From Candidatus Wukongarchaeum yapensis (GTDB lineage Archaea; Asgardarchaeota; Wukongarchaeia; Wukongarchaeales; Wukongarchaeaceae), in contig JAEOSI010000032.1 of the NCBI GenBank assembly GCA_016840425.1, positions 1 to 14,706 on the forward strand: 14,706 nucleotides of DNA. Direction: 5' to 3'. A program made the position numbers and the translations under genes. Below, piece by piece: positions 8,548 through 14,706 of the stretch; positions within the stretch are counted from its first letter, which is position 1, and each line of letters begins with the position of its first letter. Under the pieces are notes generated by a model. That model worked only from the letters and a program-made list of their open reading frames with translations. It was not told the origin of the DNA and did no database searches.

Positions 8548-8764
8548 TAAGAACATGGTTGAATGAGAAGAACATATCAGTTTTTTAGTCATTTGTCTTT
8601 TCTTGGTCTATCTTATCTTTTTCAATTCGCTCCCCATTTTTTCGATTTTCTGCTTCTAAAGGTAGTAGGGGTTTAAAACTTTGTTTTCTTAGGCTTTGAA
8701 TTCACAACTCTAAGATTTCTAGATTTGTATTTCAATAATGTTTTTGAATAAACCATAAATCTTT

Positions 8765-9124
8765 TTAAGAGGCATATGTGACTATTTTTTTCTTTTTCTT
8801 CTTTTCTGTCTCCTTTTCTTTTGAATTTTGTAGTTTTTCTTCTATTTTTTCTTTTTCCTCTTCATCTTTTTCTTTCTTTTTTGCTCTTAGTTTCCTTATT
8901 TCTTCCGCTAGCCAGAGTTCTAAGCGCCCCCATTCCGGTGTTCTTCGCAACTCTTCAAGAAAGGCTTTTGCCTCTTTATGGGTCATTTTTTTCTTCTTTA
9001 ATTCTTCGAGTTTTTCCTGAATTTTTCTGTCTACCTCTTCTTTCTCTTTCTCTGTTAATTGGATGAAGTATCGGGTTCGGACTTTCTCTAAAATGGATCT
9101 AAATTGCCGTATTAAACATACCAT
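8765..9124 (-). CDS. Hypothetical highly charged helical/coiled-coil protein
   Basis: 119 aa, very K/E-rich with amphipathic helices. It is divergent from apgM across an AT-rich spacer. No recognisable family. Confidence 0.65.
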   Translation of the reverse strand: MVCLIRQFRSILEKVRTRYFIQLTEKEKEEVDRKIQEKLEELKKKKMTHKEAKAFLEELRRTPEWGRLELWLAEEIRKLRAKKKEKDEEEKEKIEEKLQNSKEKETEKKKKKKIVTYAS

Positions 9125-9304
9125 GATCTTTCCAAACCTAAAAACAATCTGCTTCTAATATTAGGATATATTTATTATATATTTGTATATGTTGTATCTT
9201 TTATAACCATGTTTTTTTATAAAATATTGGGTTTTTTGGAGGGATAAAATATTTTATGTGGGATGTAGTGTTTTTCTAAAATTTGTTTTTTAGGTGATTG
9301 TATC

Positions 9305-10579
9305 GTGTTGAAGCTTCTCTATTTAGTTTTAGATGGTGTGGCGGACAGAATTAATGGGGAAACATCTCTTGAAGTTGCTGAAACTCCTGGTTTAAATGAG
9401 TTGGTTTCGAAGGCTAAGTGTGGTCTTCAGTATTCTATTGGAAAGGGAATTGCTCCTGAAAGTGATGTGGCGGTTATTTCGATATTGGGATATGATCCGC
9501 ATAAATACTATACGGGCCGTGGCCCTTTAGAGGCGTTAGGGGTCAATATTAAGATTAAAGAGGGGATTGAAGTAGCTTTTCGCGCTAACTTTGCTACAGT
9601 CGATGCGGATTCAGAGGATCTTGTGATACTTGACAGAAGGTGTGGTAGAGATCTTTCATCAGAAGAAGCAAAGGAGCTTGCAAAGGCTGTGGATGGTCTT
9701 GAGCTGGGGATAGATAATGGTTATGTGCGGGTTCAATCTACTGTGGGTCATCGGGGAGTAATAGTTCTTGGAAGCAAGCTTGGATTGTCGGATAATGTTG
9801 GTAATACGGACCCTGCATACGCTAAGGTAGGAAAAATATCAACAGCTAAAGAAAGTTATGAGAGTAAAGTTTCTTTATGCGAGTCCCTTGAAGACACTTC
9901 AGAAGCTAAAAGAACGGCAGAACTTGCGAATATTTTCACAAGAAAAGCTTTAGAGATTTTAGATTCTCATCCGGTGAATCAGAAAAGAGAGAGCTTGGAT
10001 AAGCTTAAGGGTAATATTTTGCTTTTGAGGGATGCTGGGGGTTCTTTGCCAAAAGTTAAACCGATAAACGAAGTTTTTCAGGCAAGTTTTGCTGCTGTAA
10101 CGGAGATGCCTGTAGAAAACGGTGTGGCAAAACTCTTAGGTATGGATGCTGGAGAAGTTTCTCCTCCAACCGAAAATAAAAAAGCAGATTTAGAAGAAAG
10201 GCTTGAAAGTACAGAAAAGCTCTTAGAAAAACACAATGTAGTTTATACTCATTTAAAAGGTCCTGATGAGCCTGGTCATGATGGAGATTTCAAGAGAAAA
10301 GTGCAATCGATTGAAGAGATAGATAGGTATTTTGTGAGGGAATTGTTAAAGCATTATGATTTAAGCGAATTAGCAGTGCTTGTGACAGCAGATCACGCAA
10401 CACCGCCAGAACTAAAAGTTCACAGCGACGACCCAATCCCGTTTATGATCGCTTACGAAAAACTGGAACCAGACAACATTAAAAAATTTAGCGAAAGAGA
10501 ATGTATGAAAGGTTCTCTAGGTGTAATAGAGCACGGATGGGAACTACTGCCGATGATAATGAAAATGATCCGATCATAA
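9305..10579 (+). CDS. apgM: 2,3-bisphosphoglycerate-independent phosphoglycerate mutase, archaeal ApgM family
   Basis: LDGVAD, PESDVA (phospho-Ser), YTGRGPLEALG, FRANFAT, HLKGPDEPGHDGD, TADHATP and HSDDP metal ligands of the alkaline-phosphatase superfamily. Confidence 0.92.
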   Translation: MLKLLYLVLDGVADRINGETSLEVAETPGLNELVSKAKCGLQYSIGKGIAPESDVAVISILGYDPHKYYTGRGPLEALGVNIKIKEGIEVAFRANFATVDADSEDLVILDRRCGRDLSSEEAKELAKAVDGLELGIDNGYVRVQSTVGHRGVIVLGSKLGLSDNVGNTDPAYAKVGKISTAKESYESKVSLCESLEDTSEAKRTAELANIFTRKALEILDSHPVNQKRESLDKLKGNILLLRDAGGSLPKVKPINEVFQASFAAVTEMPVENGVAKLLGMDAGEVSPPTENKKADLEERLESTEKLLEKHNVVYTHLKGPDEPGHDGDFKRKVQSIEEIDRYFVRELLKHYDLSELAVLVTADHATPPELKVHSDDPIPFMIAYEKLEPDNIKKFSERECMKGSLGVIEHGWELLPMIMKMIRS

Positions 10580-10693
10580 AAACTAGAAGAATCATTAAAT
10601 AAAGCAAAGAACCGGCTCAGATTTTTCTGATTATCGCCTTTCTCCCCTTTTTTTCTACTTCCTCTTTTTATTCTCTCCAACCATTACCATTTT

Positions 10694-11659
10694 TTATTGA
10701 TCGTATTGTTCTTTTACGCGGGCTTCAACTTGATCTAAAGAACCAAAACCTGAAGCACTCTTCTCTTCTATAAGAAAGCTCGTAGCAGCTGAAGCAAACC
10801 TTGCGGATTGAAGAACATCCTCCGACCAAAGGTGTTTAACGATAAAAGCGGCAAGAAAGGCGTCTCCTGCCCCTGTAGTATCTATGACTTTTTTCGGCTT
10901 GCAAGGAGGGATCTTAAACACTGTTTTTTTTCCTTCTTTGATATCTATAACTATGGATCCTTTTGATCCCCTAGTTATTAAAAAAATGCCTTTCTCCTTT
11001 TTTTTAAAAAAATTGATTAACGCATCTAAGTTGTTTCTTTTTATGTTTGCTATAGCAAAAGCTTCTTCTTCAGAAGGCGAAAGAATGTCCGCATAACACA
11101 TAATCTCGTCAAAATTTGTCCCACATTCTAAATAAACAGTTCCATCAGGTTTGATCATCCGTAAAAAACCCTGGGGATCAACACCTATTAAAGGCCCTTT
11201 ACCCACAGTTTCTCTTAGCCAGCTTATAAAATCAGGGGAAATTTCATGCATAACAGGGGAAATTAAAAAACTTTTAGCTTTAAAATATGTTTCAGGAACA
11301 TTTTTCTTGGTAATCTTGTCTGCCTTTGTTATAAGTTTGGAGAACCTTTCTTCATTCCGTGTACATCTATGAAAAAACCTTGTGCTATATTCTCCACGCC
11401 TATTAGCTCCCCTAATATCGATGTTTTTAGAGTCCAGAAAATGTAAATATTCGTCGGGAAAATCTTTCCCCACCACGCTAACAATGCCCACAGACGCGCC
11501 TAATTTAGCGGCAGTGAATCCCGCATACGCAGGAGGACCCCCTAAAAAAAGTTTTTTTTCCACATTTTTTTCCCTTATTGTTCTTTCTTTGAGTTTATTG
11601 GCGCCTTCATTATGAACAATATCAAGGCATAAGTTGCCCACAATCACGATATCAAACAT
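10694..11659 (-). CDS. PfkB/ribokinase-family carbohydrate kinase
   Basis: N-terminal GGPPAYAG..AAKLG, VDPQGFLR, ITRGSKGS and the C-terminal signature DTTGAGDAF with the catalytic Asp. Confidence 0.92.
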   Translation of the reverse strand: MFDIVIVGNLCLDIVHNEGANKLKERTIREKNVEKKLFLGGPPAYAGFTAAKLGASVGIVSVVGKDFPDEYLHFLDSKNIDIRGANRRGEYSTRFFHRCTRNEERFSKLITKADKITKKNVPETYFKAKSFLISPVMHEISPDFISWLRETVGKGPLIGVDPQGFLRMIKPDGTVYLECGTNFDEIMCYADILSPSEEEAFAIANIKRNNLDALINFFKKKEKGIFLITRGSKGSIVIDIKEGKKTVFKIPPCKPKKVIDTTGAGDAFLAAFIVKHLWSEDVLQSARFASAATSFLIEEKSASGFGSLDQVEARVKEQYDQ

Positions 11660-11710
11660 TAACAGTCCCTTTCCTTTCTTTCAACTCTAAAAGAAAAAAA
11701 ATAATTGAGC

Positions 11711-11778
11711 GAAACGGATGTTAGATAAGCGGATAGATAACATCTTAATACGAAAAAAATTTAACGACTGAAACGGAT
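11711..11778. promoter_or_regulatory. Candidate operator region between divergent pfkB and roadblock genes
   Basis: Inverted repeat GATGTTA (11717-11723) / TAACATC (11738-11744). Direct repeat GAAACGGAT at 11711-11719 and 11770-11778. Confidence 0.35.
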
Positions 11779-11819
11779 TTAACTTAAAGAGTACTTTTCA
11801 ACTTAATATTTTTGTGTAG

Positions 11820-12218
11820 GTGCAACAATTGGGAATGAAAACCGAACTTAGTCCTGAAGTAAAAAAGAAGCTTGTTAAAACGTTGGGCGAAATTTCACGT
11901 TATTGTGATCTTGACGCTTTAGCAGTAGTTACGCGAGAAGGTCGTCGTCTAGCCTTTTTCGCTCAAAAGGGCACAGACCCTGACCTATTATCCGCAGTTT
12001 CTGCGGCAGTCACTTCGACGGGAACTATGGTAACGCAACAGTTAATGCACGGAGATCTTTGGGAAGTGATCGTTAGGGGGGAGACTGGCTATACGATTTT
12101 ATCTAGTGCTGGCGAGTTTGTGTTGATTGGGGCTTCAAGAGAGTTTTTCTCCATGGGATTAGCTGTTAGAGTATTACGGGAATATAGGAAAAAAATAGAG
12201 AAAGTTCTCGCAGGATAG
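11820..12218 (+). CDS. Roadblock/LC7 (MglB-like) domain protein
   Basis: Roadblock pattern: helix, then LDALAVVTREGRRLA, then D.DLLSAVSAAVTSTG....QQL..GDLWEVIVRGETGYTILSSAGEFVLIGAS, then a C-terminal helix. The start could be TTG 11829 or ATG 11835 (AGGTG at 11818-11822). Confidence 0.88.
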   Translation: MQQLGMKTELSPEVKKKLVKTLGEISRYCDLDALAVVTREGRRLAFFAQKGTDPDLLSAVSAAVTSTGTMVTQQLMHGDLWEVIVRGETGYTILSSAGEFVLIGASREFFSMGLAVRVLREYRKKIEKVLAG

Positions 12219-12242
12219 ATGCAAAAATCTTCTTTTAATGTA

Positions 12243-12270
12243 TAAAGATGCGAAATTTCGCATATCTTTA
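12243..12270. promoter_or_regulatory. Perfect 16-bp palindrome ATGCGAAATTTCGCAT within a larger imperfect inverted repeat
   Basis: 12248-12263 is self-complementary. TAAAGAT (12243-12249) also pairs with ATCTTTA (12264-12270). It lies upstream of a TTTAAA TATA-like box and rps26e. It could be an operator or a terminator hairpin. Confidence 0.6.
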
Positions 12271-12357
12271 AAGTTAATCTTTATTTCTCTTTTTGTTTTG
12301 CTTAACATATTTAAATGATGAGACGAGATCAGATTAATGTATAGGTTGTGATTAGTA

Positions 12358-12648
12358 TTGCCTAAAAAGAGAAAATCAGGTGGAAGATCTAAAGGGAAAA
12401 AAGGGCGCGGTTATACTGTTCAATGTTCCCAGTGTGGTAGGATGGTTCCTCGAGATAAAGCGAAGAAACGGACGCAGGTTAAAGGCATGATATCGGATCC
12501 TGTTTTTGCAAAAGAGTTGAGGAAAAGTGGGACTTACATACCCCGCAATGTTACAGTTAAATGGTATTGTATTTCATGCGCTGTTCATAGAGGAGTAGTG
12601 AAAGTTAGAAGCGAAAGTGAAAGGAAAAATGACCGCTCTACAAGATAA
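12358..12648 (+). CDS. rps26e: 30S ribosomal protein S26e (eS26)
   Basis: MPKKRKSGGRSKG, VQCSQCGRMVPRDKAKK and WYCISCAVHRGVVKVRS match eS26 with its four Zn-binding cysteines. TTG start. Confidence 0.96.
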   Translation: MPKKRKSGGRSKGKKGRGYTVQCSQCGRMVPRDKAKKRTQVKGMISDPVFAKELRKSGTYIPRNVTVKWYCISCAVHRGVVKVRSESERKNDRSTR

Positions 12649-12719
12649 AAATATTTAAAAAAACCAAGTAAAAGATCGTAAAAGAAAATATTAAATCCTA
12701 AGTTATTTTTACGGAGACC

Positions 12720-13082
12720 GTGGATTTTTTGAATGAGGAAACAAAAACGGGTAAGGCTTTAAAACGTCTTCATAAAAAGACAACGAAAGAAGTCCTTTGG
12801 CTCTATATTTTAAGATTGCTCCAAGAGGGCCCAAGATATGGATACGAACTCGCCAGAGAAATAAAGGAAAGGTTTAATTTTTCGCCTGCCAGGGTGTCAA
12901 GCTATGTTATTCTTTATAAATTAGAACGTGATGGTCTTGTTTTATCGAAAGTTAAAGGTTCGTTCACAGGTCGTCCTGATAGAAAATATTATGAGATTAC
13001 AGAGAAAGGGGAGGAACAGATGAAGTTGGCTAAAGATTATTTAAAAGGGCTTATGCAAAAAGTTTTTGACAAAACAGAATAG
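12720..13082 (+). CDS. PadR-family winged-helix transcriptional regulator
   Basis: LWLYILRLLQEGPRYGYELAREIKE, SYVILYKLERDGLV and RPDRKYYEITEKG are the PadR signature. GTG start after GGAG (12713-12716). Confidence 0.93.
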   Translation: MDFLNEETKTGKALKRLHKKTTKEVLWLYILRLLQEGPRYGYELAREIKERFNFSPARVSSYVILYKLERDGLVLSKVKGSFTGRPDRKYYEITEKGEEQMKLAKDYLKGLMQKVFDKTE

Positions 13083-14469
13083 TATAAAATTTAAGGACTG
13101 TTTTGTTGTGGGAACACACTTGGGAAAATTAGACACTAATGAAGAGCAAATGATGGAGGAACTAGAAGGTCTCTTAAAGCAAAAATCTTTTACAAGAGCT
13201 GCAGAAAAAGCCCTCCATCTTGGAGATAAGTTCGAAAAAAGGGGAGAGAAAGAAAAAGCGTTAAAGCTTAAAAAGCAAGCAGTAGATTTCTTACTAAAAG
13301 CCAAAGATCAGCACATCAAAAGAAAGTCTTGGAAACTTGTTGCAAACACTTTGTTCCATGCTGCTAAACTTTTAAGAAATCTTGACCGTTCTGGTGAAGC
13401 TTTACCACTAATCAAGTCTGGGACTGAATATCTTAGTAAAGCTGCTGAAGAATATCTCGTATGGCAAGATCTAGAAAAGGCTACTATGTGTTTTGTCACT
13501 TTTATCTTGCTAAAAATGGCTTCGAAAGACTTTGAAGTGAAAGAAGAAGTGGAAAACTTCCGGTCAAAAATCGGGATTTCAGAGCTTTCTCACCCGAAAG
13601 AAAATTCGATGCTTGAAATACCAATAATTTTAACAGAAAGCGTTGAAAAAACCGACCTCGCCCTCTTAGAAAAAGCTAAAGAATTAACCTATTCCCTTAT
13701 TAAAGATCTATGTATAAGTGAAGTCGGTGTGTGGGTTTTTGAAAAGACAGAAGACACGTTTATCGTGGCTGAAAAACGGTTAAGGGATAAGATAAAATTC
13801 CCCAAAGTAAAGTTACAGGTAGAGTTTCCAAACGAAATCATTCACGCAGAAGAATTTGATGTCACAATAAAAATCCTCAACGAGGGAGAAGGAAACGCTC
13901 AAAACATGCAGCTAGAACTTAATACAAAAGAACCTTTAACAGTCATAGAAACAAATAAAGCCACAATAGATGCTTTTAACGCGGAAGAAACAATTTCAAA
14001 ATCTTTCAAATTAACTACCACAGGTCCGCCTCCATCACCAAGCGGTGAAGGAGATACCGGAACAGAAATACCGATAACAGTAACGGTTACTTGGGAAGAC
14101 ATTTTGGATACCAAACATAGGATAGAATCAAGTCCCTCGTTTATAACTCTTAACACTCTGAGTGAAACAAAAAGGCTTGAAAACATATTAGAGAAAATGA
14201 AAGATAAAATAACAGAAATAACAGCAATTATTGAAGAAAAAACGCTAAAAGAACTAAACTCCCTGCTCAAAAACATAATAAAGATCCCTGGATCATTAGT
14301 TGAAGAGGCTTATAAATCATTAGAAAAAGGAGAACAAAAATACGCAAACTACAAAATAAACCTAATTACAAAACTTCTAAACGAAATTGAAAACTTTCTA
14401 GAAAACCTTCCAACCCCAGCCCCAGAAAACGTAGAAAACCTCCCAGCCCAAAGCCCAAACGACGACTAA
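13066..14469 (+). CDS. Hypothetical protein: N-terminal alpha-solenoid (TPR/SNAP-like), Ig-like (CARDB-like) beta domain, C-terminal helical region
   Basis: Long uninterrupted ORF. Residues ~30-150 are Ala/Leu/Lys helical pairs. Residues ~245-360 show a beta-sandwich pattern (VKLQVEFP...EEFDVTIKILNEGEGNAQNMQLEL...IPITVTVTWED). The start is uncertain: TTG 13066 overlaps padR, and GTG 13108, TTG 13120 or ATG 13150 are alternatives. Confidence 0.8.
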   Translation: MTKQNSIKFKDCFVVGTHLGKLDTNEEQMMEELEGLLKQKSFTRAAEKALHLGDKFEKRGEKEKALKLKKQAVDFLLKAKDQHIKRKSWKLVANTLFHAAKLLRNLDRSGEALPLIKSGTEYLSKAAEEYLVWQDLEKATMCFVTFILLKMASKDFEVKEEVENFRSKIGISELSHPKENSMLEIPIILTESVEKTDLALLEKAKELTYSLIKDLCISEVGVWVFEKTEDTFIVAEKRLRDKIKFPKVKLQVEFPNEIIHAEEFDVTIKILNEGEGNAQNMQLELNTKEPLTVIETNKATIDAFNAEETISKSFKLTTTGPPPSPSGEGDTGTEIPITVTVTWEDILDTKHRIESSPSFITLNTLSETKRLENILEKMKDKITEITAIIEEKTLKELNSLLKNIIKIPGSLVEEAYKSLEKGEQKYANYKINLITKLLNEIENFLENLPTPAPENVENLPAQSPNDD

Positions 14470-14535
14470 AAAACCTAAAAAATAACCAATTCTCCCCCCT
14501 ATTTTTTACATTACGACAATAAAAGTATTTTGGGT

Positions 14536-14706
14536 GTGTTTTCGTTTTTCATGGTTTTTTGTGGGTGGATTATGGGTTTCTTTTATTTCTTGTTTTTTTG
14601 ATTTTTTTCTCGTTTTTTGCTCTTTTTTAATCTCTTTGTTTCTTTTTTTCTGCTTGGAAAACGGGTTGTTTTTAGTTTTTCTTTTTTTATTCGTTTGAAA
14701 GCCTAT
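14536..14706 (-). repeat. Right terminal inverted repeat (G/T-rich on + strand)
   Basis: Reverse complement of 1-171 at 168/171 identity, ending exactly at the last base of the window. Confidence 0.98.

Noticed and set aside
8585-8756. Two short minus-strand frames (MVYSKTLLKY... 27 aa, and FKPLLPLEAENRK... ) that could join by a frameshift
   Set aside because: No recognisable homology or RBS, so a gene or pseudogene cannot be supported.
12315-12357. Box C-like ATGATGA upstream of rps26e suggesting a C/D sRNA
   Set aside because: No box D (CTGA) follows on the same strand before the gene.
406-14276. The many alternative or antisense ORFs in the track (e.g. 406-684, 2748-2951, 3761-3955, 5749-6159, 8778-9020, 8821-9066, 10453-10680, 13041-13304, 13899-14276)
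   Set aside because: They overlap well-supported genes, mostly on the opposite strand, and lack RBS or motifs. Their F/S/L-rich composition mirrors K/E-rich sense genes.
1-14706. Calling the window a transposon, provirus or plasmid
   Set aside because: No transposase, integrase, capsid, primase/polymerase or Rep gene is present, and no target-site duplication can be seen because the flanks are outside the window.
1-14706. tRNA, rRNA or a CRISPR array inside the window
   Set aside because: No cloverleaf, rRNA-like GC-rich tract or repeat-spacer periodicity was seen.

Overview
Archaeal DNA, most likely from an Asgard-type archaeon (inferred from ribosomal protein eS26, a Roadblock/LC7 protein, an A/V-ATPase subunit E, the archaeal HMG-CoA synthase/thiolase/DUF35 operon and GGAGG/AGGTG Shine-Dalgarno sites). 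It carries about 15 intact genes. These are mostly housekeeping: a surface glycoprotein, atpE, a homocitrate-synthase-family enzyme, a class I/II aminotransferase, the upper mevalonate operon, ApgM, a PfkB kinase, Roadblock, rps26e, a PadR regulator and a helical+Ig-like unknown. There is also a decayed HEAT-repeat pseudogene and an unlisted 46-aa zinc-ribbon ORF. The most striking structure is that the whole 14.7 kb is bounded by a 171-bp terminal inverted repeat (144 bp perfect, 168/171 overall). It is A/C-rich at the 5' end, G/T-rich at the 3' end, and no transposase, integrase or replicase lies inside. This is either an assembly break in a multicopy repeat, an invertible segment, or a linear replicon. 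The sequence alone cannot decide between these. Smaller features include a 36-bp duplication of the aminotransferase start, a perfect 16-bp palindrome resembling a PadR operator, and mid-gene switches in A/C versus G/T codon bias.
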